Shown here in pieces: positions 47,742-56,814 of a stretch of 64,000 nt of DNA. The notes beneath the pieces are model-generated. The model ran no database searches. It was given only the letters and a program-made list of their open reading frames with translations, and was not told where the DNA came from. A program made the position numbers and the translations under genes. The DNA comes from Flavobacteriales bacterium (lineage in GTDB: Bacteria > Bacteroidota > Bacteroidia > Flavobacteriales > TMED113), in the NCBI GenBank assembly GCA_002718895.1, contig PBGD01000007.1, positions 10,898 through 74,897 of the forward strand. Direction: 5' to 3'. The stretch's first letter is position 1. Every line of letters starts with the position of its first letter.

Positions 47742-48923
47742 ATGGCCACTCAAGATCATTTTGTTTCACCGGATTATTATCTTTTAGATGAATTGTTATC
47801 AGAAGAACACCTTTTGATCAGAAAAACTATTAGAGATTTTGTTAAGAAAGAAATTTCTCCAATTATTGAAGAAGTTTGTCAATCTTGTACTTTCCCTAAG
47901 AGTATTTTACCTAAATTAGGACAGTTAGGTTGTTTCGGTTCATTTATTCCTAGTAAATTTGGTGGCGCAGAATTAGATCAAATTTCTTACGGATTAATTA
48001 TGCAAGAACTTGAACGTGGTGACTCTGGCATTAGATCAACAGCATCAGTTCAATCTTCTTTAGTCATGTATCCTATTTATCAATATGGATCAGATTTTCA
48101 TAGAGAAAAGTATTTGAAAAAACTTGCTTCCGGAGAATTAATAGGATGCTTTGGTTTAACTGAACCAAATCACGGTTCCAATCCAGCCGGCATGGAAAGT
48201 AACTTTATTGACAAAGGTGAGTATTTTTTATTAAATGGAGCTAAATTATGGATATCAAATTCTCCCTTTGCCGACCTTGCTATTGTTTGGGCTAAAAATG
48301 AGGCTGGTAGAATTCAGGGACTAATTGTTGAAACAGAATTGGAAGGTGTGTCAGCCCCAGAAACACACAATAAATGGTCTTTGAGAGGTTCTGTCACTGG
48401 AGAATTAATTTTTGAAAATGTAAAAGTGCCTAAGGAAAATTTGTTACCAGGTAAGGATGGTCTTGGTGCACCATTGGGATGTCTAGATAGTGCTAGATAT
48501 GGAATTGCATGGGGTGCAATCGGCGCTGCCATGGATTGCTATGATACAGCTCTTCGCTATTCTTTAGAACGCAATCAATTTGGTCGACCTATTGGATCAT
48601 TTCAGCTCCAACAAAAAAAATTAGCAGAAATGATTACAGAAATTACAAAAGCTCAATTTTTAACTTGGAGGTTGGGTGTTTTGAAAAACCAAAATAAAGC
48701 TACATCAGCTCAAATTTCAATGGCTAAAAGAAACAATGTTGATATGGCGTTAAGTATTGCTCGAAATGCTAGGCAGATTTTAGGTGGCATGGGTATAACA
48801 GGTGAGTACCCTATAATGCGACACATGATGAACTTGGAATCAGTAGTAACATATGAGGGCACACATGATATACATCTTCTTATTACAGGTCTCGATATTA
48901 CAGGCTTAAATGCGTTTAAGTAA
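47742..48923 (+). CDS. Acyl-CoA dehydrogenase, glutaryl-CoA dehydrogenase-like
   Basis: ELERGDSG.RS..SVQSSL, CFGLTEPNHGSNP, ARYGIAWG, TYEGTHDIH.L. Confidence 0.92.
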   Translation: MATQDHFVSPDYYLLDELLSEEHLLIRKTIRDFVKKEISPIIEEVCQSCTFPKSILPKLGQLGCFGSFIPSKFGGAELDQISYGLIMQELERGDSGIRSTASVQSSLVMYPIYQYGSDFHREKYLKKLASGELIGCFGLTEPNHGSNPAGMESNFIDKGEYFLLNGAKLWISNSPFADLAIVWAKNEAGRIQGLIVETELEGVSAPETHNKWSLRGSVTGELIFENVKVPKENLLPGKDGLGAPLGCLDSARYGIAWGAIGAAMDCYDTALRYSLERNQFGRPIGSFQLQQKKLAEMITEITKAQFLTWRLGVLKNQNKATSAQISMAKRNNVDMALSIARNARQILGGMGITGEYPIMRHMMNLESVVTYEGTHDIHLLITGLDITGLNAFK

Positions 48924-48968
48924 TTGTACTGTAAACAGGATATTGAAAATAAAAATTAGCTTTATCTA

Positions 48969-50777
48969 TTAACCTTCGCAGCTTTCACAATCTTTTTTTT
49001 GTTTAAATTTCTGTGCAGCATTCATGCTATGTTGATAATACAAAGATTTTAAACCCAATTTCCAGGCAGTAATATAAATTTTATTTATTTCTTTGGCAGT
49101 CATGTCAGGATGAATCATAATATTTACAGATTGTCCTTGATCAATATAATTCTGCCTATTAGCTGCTTGATATATAATATCTATTTGATCAATTTCCGAG
49201 TATGTTTTAAATACGCTTTTTTCTTGATCAGATAAACATTCTAAATGTTGAACAGAACCATCTCTGTCTCGAATGCTATTCCAAACTTCCTGATTATTTT
49301 CGCCTTTTGTTTCTAATAAATTAACTAAAAAAGGATTTTTAATGGTTGTTTTTATTTTAGCAATATCTTTAACATAGATATTAGACCAAATTGGTTCAAT
49401 ACCCTGAGAAACTTGACCTAAAATAAATGCAGATGATGTTGTAGGAGCTATTGCATTTAGAGTAGTATTTCTTCTGCCATAATTTTTCAAAACTTTTGGT
49501 TCGCCAAATTTTTCGGCTAATTTTTCAGATGCTCGATATGATTTTTCTTTAATTAATTTAAATATTTCATTATTTAAGTTAAATGCATCAGTACTATTGA
49601 ATGGTAACATTTTGGATTGTAGGAATGAATGCCACCCTAGCACACCTAGTCCCAGGGCACGATTTTCTTTTGCGAAGTTATAGGCCCGTTCCATAAATAA
49701 AAATGTTTGATTATCTTCTCTGTCAGATGAGTCTCTATAAACCTCAAGTTTTTCAAGAAATTCAGTGATTACTGCATCTAAAAAATAGACCATTGTTTCT
49801 ACAGCATCAGTTTCTTTCCACTTGTCGTAGTGAAGTATATTAATAGAGGAGAGAACGCAGACAAATGACCAGTTTTCATTTGATGGGAGCATAATCTCCG
49901 TACATAAGTTACTTGCATTTATCATACATTTTTTATCGCGATATACTTTAGGTGACCCATCGTTTGCTTTATCTTTGAAGAAAATATAAGGATAACCAAT
50001 TTCTCCTCTTCTTTGAATCACTTTAGCCCATATGTTTCTTTTTTCCTTATCTCCATCTATCATTTCTTTCATCCATTTATCTGTCACACTAACTCCGTGT
50101 GTTAATTCTTGAATCGGGTTACCCTCGGTTCCAATATCTAAAAACTCTGAAATATCTTCATGCTCAACTGGGAGGTAGGGTGAAAATCTTCCTCTTCTCA
50201 CTGAACCCTGGCTTACCACGTCTACCATTGTTTCAAAAAGTTGCATTATGTGGACGGATCCAGATGCTTGACCATTATTTTTTACTGGGGCACCTCTGTG
50301 TCTAATATTCCCAAAATATCCAGACGTGCCTCCACCTAGCTTTGACATCATACCAACTTCGGATTGGGTGTATAAAATATTACCCATGTCATCATCAATG
50401 TTCGAACCAAAACAACTAATAGGTAAGCCTCTTTTTTTTCCAAAATTTGACCAAACAGGTGATGCTAATGAATAAAAACCTTCGGACATATATTTATAAA
50501 ACTTGTCACTATATCCATCAATACCTAGAATTTGCTCAGCTCTATTTGCAATTTGTCTAATACGTGTTTCTGCTTCAATATCTTCGGGTATGTATCCTGC
50601 CGCTAAGAAGGCACGGCTATTTTTTGTTAGCCATTTAAATGTTCCGGATTCATTTTTATGTTTTATTTGCTTGTTTTTTAATTGTTTTTTTCTAGCATCT
50701 AATAGAACATCTTGATGAGTTTTATGAGGGTCTAATTCTGCTTTTTCTAATTTGTTATTTAAAATTGTTTTTTTCAT
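48969..50777 (-). CDS. nrdA: Ribonucleoside-diphosphate reductase alpha subunit (no ATP-cone)
   Basis: PISCF, SNLCTEI, AIAPTTSS, KSLYY, C-terminal CESCEG. Confidence 0.96.
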   Translation of the reverse strand: MKKTILNNKLEKAELDPHKTHQDVLLDARKKQLKNKQIKHKNESGTFKWLTKNSRAFLAAGYIPEDIEAETRIRQIANRAEQILGIDGYSDKFYKYMSEGFYSLASPVWSNFGKKRGLPISCFGSNIDDDMGNILYTQSEVGMMSKLGGGTSGYFGNIRHRGAPVKNNGQASGSVHIMQLFETMVDVVSQGSVRRGRFSPYLPVEHEDISEFLDIGTEGNPIQELTHGVSVTDKWMKEMIDGDKEKRNIWAKVIQRRGEIGYPYIFFKDKANDGSPKVYRDKKCMINASNLCTEIMLPSNENWSFVCVLSSINILHYDKWKETDAVETMVYFLDAVITEFLEKLEVYRDSSDREDNQTFLFMERAYNFAKENRALGLGVLGWHSFLQSKMLPFNSTDAFNLNNEIFKLIKEKSYRASEKLAEKFGEPKVLKNYGRRNTTLNAIAPTTSSAFILGQVSQGIEPIWSNIYVKDIAKIKTTIKNPFLVNLLETKGENNQEVWNSIRDRDGSVQHLECLSDQEKSVFKTYSEIDQIDIIYQAANRQNYIDQGQSVNIMIHPDMTAKEINKIYITAWKLGLKSLYYQHSMNAAQKFKQKKDCESCEG

Positions 50778-50779
50778 AT

Positions 50780-52054
50780 TTAAAAAAGGTCGTCGCCTGT
50801 TATACTTTGTGTTCTTTTACTGTAATTAATCGATCTTTTTACAAAAAAATCGCCATGTTTTGTTCCGATAATTTCATCATTAAACCATTCTGTTTGATTA
50901 ACTAAATTATCTGTTGTCTCAAATACTTTATCAATCCCAATACTTTCTAAAGAACGATTAAATCTATCTTTTATAAACTCTTTAACTTGATTCTTAGGAA
51001 GGAAATCTAGTTCTCCTTCTTCAAATATCCAGTCAATAATTTTACTTTCAGCTGTATACGCTTCTTCACACATTTCTTGAACTTTCAATTTGTATTTATC
51101 GTCAAACCAATCTGGCTTTTCAGATCTAAGAATTTTAATTAAGTCTATGCCAAAGTCTCCATGAATTTGCTCTTCTTTAGAAGTTGCTTCAACCACGTTG
51201 GATATCCCCTTTAACATATTTTTATGTTTATTAAATGCCATAATAATTAAAAATTGAGAAAATAGAGAAACATGTTCTATAAAAAGAGAGAACAGTAAAA
51301 TCGATTCTGTGTATTCTTGAGCATTTTCACTTTTTGACTTAGCCAGAGCTGTTTCTAAGTATTTAACTCTTCTCATTATAACTGGCTTTTTTTTGAGGAC
51401 TTCAAACTCTTTATTTAAACCTAGGATCTCTAATAAGTGTGAATATGCGTCTGCATGTCTGACTTCGCTCTCTGCAAATGTTGCACCTACTGATCCAATT
51501 TCAGGTTTGGGAATTTTATGATAGATATCACCCCAAAAAGTTTTTACAGCTACTTCAATTTGAGAAATTGCTAACATAGTATTTTTGATAGCATTTCTTT
51601 CAATATGTGTAAGGCCTGTTTTAAAGTCTTGAATGTCGCTAGTAAAGTTAAACTCAGAATGAATCCAATATGAATGTCTAATTGCTGGAACATATTCATA
51701 AAGCTCAGGATATTCATATGGTTTTAAATTAATTCTTTTTTCAAACATGTTTCTTGCTCTTTTTTGAGCTTGTTGGTTTCTATAAAGTATATATGCTTTA
51801 GCTACGTCAAGAAACTGACTTTTCATGAGAGTTTGCTCCACCAAATCTTGAATTTCTTCAACATTAGGGACATAATTTGGATTTTTTTCCTTTCTTTCAG
51901 ACAGAGCTGAATAAACTTGTTCTGTGATCTTTTCAGCATCTTTTACATCCCCATTTTTAACAGAGAGCATTGCTTTTAGAATAGCATCTGTAATTTTTTC
52001 AATTTCAAAAGGTTTTTTTGAAAAGTTTCTTTTAAAAATAGTATCAATTTTCAT
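50780..52054 (-). CDS. nrdB: Ribonucleotide reductase beta subunit with an N-terminal ATP-cone
   Basis: ATP-cone IFKRN...F..EKI..AI.KA...VEEIQDLVE..LM....DVAKAYILYR; ferritin-like ligands QIEVAVK, SEVRH, IEH, EEQIH. Confidence 0.95.
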   Translation of the reverse strand: MKIDTIFKRNFSKKPFEIEKITDAILKAMLSVKNGDVKDAEKITEQVYSALSERKEKNPNYVPNVEEIQDLVEQTLMKSQFLDVAKAYILYRNQQAQKRARNMFEKRINLKPYEYPELYEYVPAIRHSYWIHSEFNFTSDIQDFKTGLTHIERNAIKNTMLAISQIEVAVKTFWGDIYHKIPKPEIGSVGATFAESEVRHADAYSHLLEILGLNKEFEVLKKKPVIMRRVKYLETALAKSKSENAQEYTESILLFSLFIEHVSLFSQFLIIMAFNKHKNMLKGISNVVEATSKEEQIHGDFGIDLIKILRSEKPDWFDDKYKLKVQEMCEEAYTAESKIIDWIFEEGELDFLPKNQVKEFIKDRFNRSLESIGIDKVFETTDNLVNQTEWFNDEIIGTKHGDFFVKRSINYSKRTQSITGDDLF

Positions 52055-52499
52055 TTTCAAATATTAGAATTTTATTATTATTCAGCTTAGGCTAAATTTA
52101 CAATTAAACGACGTCTATATCTCAGATTGATCAAAGACCTTTTTAACAAAACACGTGTTAATAAATAATATTTCATCATTTTTTAGATCTAATAATTATA
52201 ACTCTATTTATACATCTATAAAACACAACATTGTTGATGTCATATATATAAAAACTTAGCACCGATTTATACAACATATAGTTAGCTATTTTAGTCACGA
52301 GTAAATGTCACAGATTTTATCTATCACAAAATAATCTCTCGGATTATGTACTGAAATATGCTGTTGGGGGCAAGTAACTTAATTTTGTAAAAAATCAATT
52401 ACTGAAGGCAAATATTTAACATTAAATTAAATTTTACAATAAACTTTGAAAAATAAATTCATTTATTTTTTAACATTCATTGTTATTAACTTTTTGTAT

Positions 52500-52507
52500 T
52501 AGATTTG
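52500..52507 (+). promoter_or_regulatory. Bacteroidota -7 promoter element (TAGATTTG) upstream of glyQS
   Basis: Matches TAnnTTTG, about 60 bp upstream of GTG 52570. Confidence 0.5.
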
Positions 52508-52569
52508 TTGTGTAGTTATTACTGGATTTAGTAATTTAAATTACAACTATTTTAATAAATTAAATTAGC

Positions 52570-54075
52570 GTGTTAGATTTAAAGAAAATTATAAGTCATT
52601 CTAAAGAATATGGTTTCATCTTTCCTTCAAGTGAAATATACGATGGTCTTTCAGCCATATATGATTATGGTCCCTTTGGCGTAGAATTAAAAAATAATAT
52701 TAAAAATTATTGGTGGAAATCCATGGTTCAAGAAAATGAAAATATCGTAGGATTAGATTCATCGATATTTATGCATCCAAGAATATGGAAGGCCTCTGGC
52801 CATGTTGATGCATTTAGCGATCCTTTAGTTGATAATAAAGATTCAAAGAAAAGATATCGTGCTGATACTTTAATTGAGGATCATGTAATAAAGATTCAAA
52901 AAAAAATTGATAAAGAAATTTTAAAGGGGGAGAAGAGATTTGGCGATGACTTTAATAATGAGAAATTTCAACAAACAAACACCAAAATAATAAAGTATAA
53001 TAAAGAGATAAAAGCGATTAAACAAAAATTAAATAGTTCGTTACAACAAGATAATTTAATTGGTTTAAGTGAATTAATTGATCAATTGGATATAAAATGT
53101 CCCATTTCAGGCACTAATAATTGGACAGATGTAAGAAAGTTTAATTTAATGTTTGACACTCAATTAGGTGCTATAAGTGATGTTGCAAGTAAATTATATC
53201 TTCGACCAGAGACTGCACAGGGTATTTTTGTCAATTTTCTCAATGTACAAAAAAGTGCCAGAAAAAAAATTCCCTTTGGAATTGCTCAAATAGGAAAAGC
53301 TTTTAGAAATGAAATTGTGGCAAGACAATTTATTTTTAGAATGAGAGAATTTGAACAAATGGAGATGCAATTTTTTGTAAAACCTGGAGATGAAATAAAG
53401 TGGTATTCATTTTGGAAACAGCAAAGAATGGAATGGCATAAAAAATTAAATCTTCAACTTGGAGAGTATCAATTTCATGATCATCAAAACTTAGCTCATT
53501 ATGCAAATGCGGCATGTGATATCGAATTTAATTTTCCAATTGGATTTAAAGAACTGGAAGGAATCCATTCACGAACTAATTATGATTTATCTCAACATCA
53601 AATATTTAGTAAAAAGAAATTATCGTATTATGATACTGAAATACAAGAAAGTTATTTACCATATGTGGTTGAAACTTCTGTAGGCCTAGATAGATTATTT
53701 CTTTCTATATTATGTGGATCACTTGTAGAAGAGCCAGTAAATAATGAAAAAAGAATTGTGTTAAAAATACCTCCTTTCTTATCTCCTATAAGTGTAGCAG
53801 TTTTGCCATTGATCAAAAAAGATGGTTTGAGCAATAAAGCAAGGTCTATTTTTAATTATCTAAGATCAAAGTTTAGGTGTCAATTTGAAGACAAGGATTC
53901 AATAGGTAAAAGGTATAGAAGACAAGATGCAATAGGAACACCAATATGTCTTACAATTGATCATGATACAATTAGCGACGATATGGTTACTTTAAGAAAT
54001 CGAGATACTATGTTACAGGAAAGAGTTGCAATAAAGAATTTGCCGAAAATTATTAGAGGGAAGCTTGATATCTAG
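52570..54075 (+). CDS. glyQS: Glycine--tRNA ligase (alpha2 type)
   Basis: SSEIY.GL...YDYGP.G, YLRPETAQGIF, FRNEI, REFEQME, ELEGIHSR, IGKRYRRQD.IGTP. Confidence 0.96.
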   Translation: MLDLKKIISHSKEYGFIFPSSEIYDGLSAIYDYGPFGVELKNNIKNYWWKSMVQENENIVGLDSSIFMHPRIWKASGHVDAFSDPLVDNKDSKKRYRADTLIEDHVIKIQKKIDKEILKGEKRFGDDFNNEKFQQTNTKIIKYNKEIKAIKQKLNSSLQQDNLIGLSELIDQLDIKCPISGTNNWTDVRKFNLMFDTQLGAISDVASKLYLRPETAQGIFVNFLNVQKSARKKIPFGIAQIGKAFRNEIVARQFIFRMREFEQMEMQFFVKPGDEIKWYSFWKQQRMEWHKKLNLQLGEYQFHDHQNLAHYANAACDIEFNFPIGFKELEGIHSRTNYDLSQHQIFSKKKLSYYDTEIQESYLPYVVETSVGLDRLFLSILCGSLVEEPVNNEKRIVLKIPPFLSPISVAVLPLIKKDGLSNKARSIFNYLRSKFRCQFEDKDSIGKRYRRQDAIGTPICLTIDHDTISDDMVTLRNRDTMLQERVAIKNLPKIIRGKLDI

Positions 54076-54649
54076 TTTCCACATTTTTCCAATTAACAAT
54101 ATTCCAAAATGCATTAATATAATCAGGACGTTTATTTTGATACTTTAAATAATATGCATGTTCCCACACATCTAATCCCATTATAGGAACGCCTCCACAT
54201 TGCCCATCCATCAATGGATTATCTTGGTTAGAAGTCGAGCAAATACTTAAATTGCTGTTTTTAGAACATAACCAAGCCCAGCCCGAACCAAATCTGGTTG
54301 ATGCAGCATTTTCAAACTCTTTTTTCATATTATCAAAGCTACCAAAGTTCTGATCAATTATTTTCATAAATTGGTTTGATGGGGATATTGTTTGAGGACA
54401 TAAATTATCCCAAAATAAACAATGATTAAAATATCCTCCACCATTATTCCTAATGGAATCTGGAATGTTTGGAGACATTAAAATTTGTTCAATAGATTTA
54501 TTTTCAAATTCAGTACCTTTAATAGCATCATTTAATTTATTTGTGTAACCAGCATGATGTTTAGAATGGTGAATTTCCATAGTTTTAGCATCTATGTTTG
54601 GTTCTAATGCGTCATATGAATAATCTAGTGTTGGAAGTGTAAAAGACAT
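54053..54649 (-). CDS. sodA: Superoxide dismutase, Mn/Fe family (probably Mn-type)
   Basis: HHSKHH, RNNGGG..NH, FGSGWAWL, NQDNP, DVWEHAYY. Confidence 0.93.
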   Translation of the reverse strand: MSFTLPTLDYSYDALEPNIDAKTMEIHHSKHHAGYTNKLNDAIKGTEFENKSIEQILMSPNIPDSIRNNGGGYFNHCLFWDNLCPQTISPSNQFMKIIDQNFGSFDNMKKEFENAASTRFGSGWAWLCSKNSNLSICSTSNQDNPLMDGQCGGVPIMGLDVWEHAYYLKYQNKRPDYINAFWNIVNWKNVETRYQASL

Positions 54650-54656
54650 AATAATT

Positions 54657-56189
54657 TTATTTTTTAATTAAAGATAGTGAACTTATTATAATATTATCTT
54701 TTTCATTTAAAAACATTTGCATCTCTTCCCACCCCCAGACTTGTCTTATAATCAAGGCTTGAATTCTAATATAAATATTTTCCTGATTTGTTTTTATTTG
54801 ATTTATTATTTCAGAATCACTATCAAACTCCAATTTTACCCATGTCACAATGTCTGTATACATAGAATGTAAAACTGTATTTGATATTTTCCATTCATTA
54901 TAATTCTTTTGTTTGATGTTATGTCTATTATAATCAACAAAATCAAAAACTAAATCATTAAAAAAATTGCTAGAATATAAATACATTACCGCCATAGGTA
55001 TTTTTTCATTCTGTTCAATTTTATAATCTGGCTCAATACCTCCACCTCCATATACTAAATCACCATTTTCAGTGTTGAATACCCGCAAACTATCTACGTC
55101 TTTATTTTTACCATAAAAGTACTCTTCTTCATCTTCTTCTACATATGGTTTTTGGATACACCTACCTGATGGGGTATAATATCTGGAAACAGTAAGTCTA
55201 ATTAATGATCCATCATTAAGTGAAATTTGCTCTTGCACCAAGCCTTTACCAAAACTTCTAGATCCAATAATTAATCCTCTATTGTGGTCTTGAATTGCTC
55301 CAGCAATAATTTCACTTGCTGATGCAGACCCCTCATCAATTAGAATATAAATATCCCCGTTTTTATATATGCCATTTTTATCAGAAAAATATTTATATTC
55401 GGGTCTAAATTGCCCCTTGGTGTAAACCAAGAGTTTATTCTGATTAAAAAATTCATTTAAAATTTTTACTGCTTGATCTAAGTAGCCACCACTATTTCCT
55501 CTTAAATCTAAGATTAAACTTTTTATTTTGTTTTTTTCTAATAAAAATTCAAGCTTATTTCTAAATTCTCTGTGAGTAGTTTCAGCAAATCTATTTAATT
55601 TAATATAACCAATTTGTGGAGCAATTTCATATGCAGCATCGAGACTGTTGAGAGGAATTTTATCTCTAATTATTTTGACAATTTTGTTGTTTTTTTTGAA
55701 TTTAGGATGTGTAGTAATTGTTACTTCTGTACCTTTTTCTCCACGAAGCTTTTTAATGACATCTTCATTTTTAATTCCAATTCCTGCTACATTTTCGCCG
55801 TCAATGGAGATTATTCTTTCACCCGCAATCAAGCCTACATTATCAGATGGTCCATTTGGAATAATATTTACAATTACAATTGTGTCCTTTTGAATGGCAA
55901 ACTCTATTCCAATTCCTTCAAAGCTTCCTTGCATCATTTCCATTGACGATTGAACCTGTTTCGCGTTCATATATATGGAATGAGGATCTAAATTTTTTAA
56001 AGTTTGTTCTATAGAACTTTCAATTAATGAATTCATGTCAATTGAGTCAACATAGTTTTTTTCAATAGCATTTAGTAGTAAACTTATTTTATTATTGTTT
56101 GTGTTTCCAATTTTGAAAAAAAGACTATTACCTACAATAAAAACTGAAGCTATAATTAATGCATTATTAATAATTTGCTTTATTTTCAT
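54657..56189 (-). CDS. S41 family C-terminal processing peptidase
   Basis: LDPHS.Y, FEGIGI, DLRGNSGG, SASASEIIAGAIQD, FGKGLVQ. Confidence 0.95.
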   Translation of the reverse strand: MKIKQIINNALIIASVFIVGNSLFFKIGNTNNNKISLLLNAIEKNYVDSIDMNSLIESSIEQTLKNLDPHSIYMNAKQVQSSMEMMQGSFEGIGIEFAIQKDTIVIVNIIPNGPSDNVGLIAGERIISIDGENVAGIGIKNEDVIKKLRGEKGTEVTITTHPKFKKNNKIVKIIRDKIPLNSLDAAYEIAPQIGYIKLNRFAETTHREFRNKLEFLLEKNKIKSLILDLRGNSGGYLDQAVKILNEFFNQNKLLVYTKGQFRPEYKYFSDKNGIYKNGDIYILIDEGSASASEIIAGAIQDHNRGLIIGSRSFGKGLVQEQISLNDGSLIRLTVSRYYTPSGRCIQKPYVEEDEEEYFYGKNKDVDSLRVFNTENGDLVYGGGGIEPDYKIEQNEKIPMAVMYLYSSNFFNDLVFDFVDYNRHNIKQKNYNEWKISNTVLHSMYTDIVTWVKLEFDSDSEIINQIKTNQENIYIRIQALIIRQVWGWEEMQMFLNEKDNIIISSLSLIKK

Positions 56190-56191
56190 TA

Positions 56192-56620
56192 CTACGTTAG
56201 CTTTTTTAAATGAGTGATTTCTATCCCTGATTTTTTCAAAAAATCAATACCAGATTTATCTTTATATTCTTGGTGGTAAATCAGCCTCCTTATTCCAGCT
56301 TGATAAATTAATTTACTACATTCTTTACATGGTGAAAGGGTTAAATATAAATCGGCATCTTTACATGATTGTCCATTATGGGCACATTTTAATATCGCAT
56401 TAGCTTCAGCATGTAAAACATACCACTTAGTTAAGCCATTATCTAATTCACATTTGTTCTCAAAATTAGAGGGAGTTCCATTATATCCGTCGGAAATGAT
56501 CATATTGTTTCTAACAATTAATGCGCCTACTTTTTTACGAATGCAATGAGATAAATTGGCCCATTCAAGCGCCATTCTCATATAAGCTTTATCATATCTT
56601 AGCTGTTTAATTGCATTCAT
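56192..56620 (-). CDS. dCMP deaminase family protein
   Basis: VGA.IV, GYNGTP, HAEANA, SPCKEC. Confidence 0.93.
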   Translation of the reverse strand: MNAIKQLRYDKAYMRMALEWANLSHCIRKKVGALIVRNNMIISDGYNGTPSNFENKCELDNGLTKWYVLHAEANAILKCAHNGQSCKDADLYLTLSPCKECSKLIYQAGIRRLIYHQEYKDKSGIDFLKKSGIEITHLKKLT

Positions 56621-56631
56621 AATTTAAAAAG

Positions 56632-56715
56632 TACCCAGAGTGGGAATCGAACCCACACTCTGTTTCCAGAACTGGATTTTGAATCCAGCGCGTCTACCAA
56701 TTCCGCCATCTGGGC
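56632..56715 (-). tRNA. tRNA-Leu(CAA)
   Basis: Reverse complement GCCCAGATGGCGGAATTGGTAGACGCGCTGGATTCAAAATCCAGT...GTGGGTTCGATTCCCACTCTGGGTA. Anticodon arm CTGGA-TTCAAAA-TCCAG, long variable arm, CCA not encoded. Confidence 0.97.
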
Positions 56716-56729
56716 AAAATCACAATCTA

Positions 56730-56737
56730 CAAATCTA
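56730..56737 (-). promoter_or_regulatory. Bacteroidota -7 promoter element (TAGATTTG) for tRNA-Leu
   Basis: Reverse complement of caaatcta, 14 bp upstream of the tRNA 5' end. Confidence 0.6.
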
Positions 56738-56781
56738 ATAGAATTAGTTCACATAATAGATATTATATATAATTAATTTAG

Positions 56782-56789
56782 TAAATTTG
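56782..56789 (+). promoter_or_regulatory. Bacteroidota -7 promoter element (TAAATTTG) for prs-rplY-pth
   Basis: Matches TAnnTTTG, 25 bp upstream of ATG 56815. Confidence 0.65.
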
Positions 56790-56814
56790 CCTCCCTTGAA
56801 TTAAATATTATTCA

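Noticed and set aside
52330-52569. Possible glycine riboswitch or T-box upstream of glyQS (ACTGAAGGCAAA)
   Set aside because: The GGAGA and CTCTCAGG elements and the T-box sequence are not present in the right arrangement.
54053-54649. SOD 2 kb from a superoxide-activated class Id-like RNR
   Set aside because: It is separated by the oppositely oriented glyQS and belongs to a different transcription unit; proximity alone does not support a link.
56632-56715. tRNA-Leu as an integration site
   Set aside because: It is flanked by core genes; I saw no integrase or duplicated tRNA 3' end.
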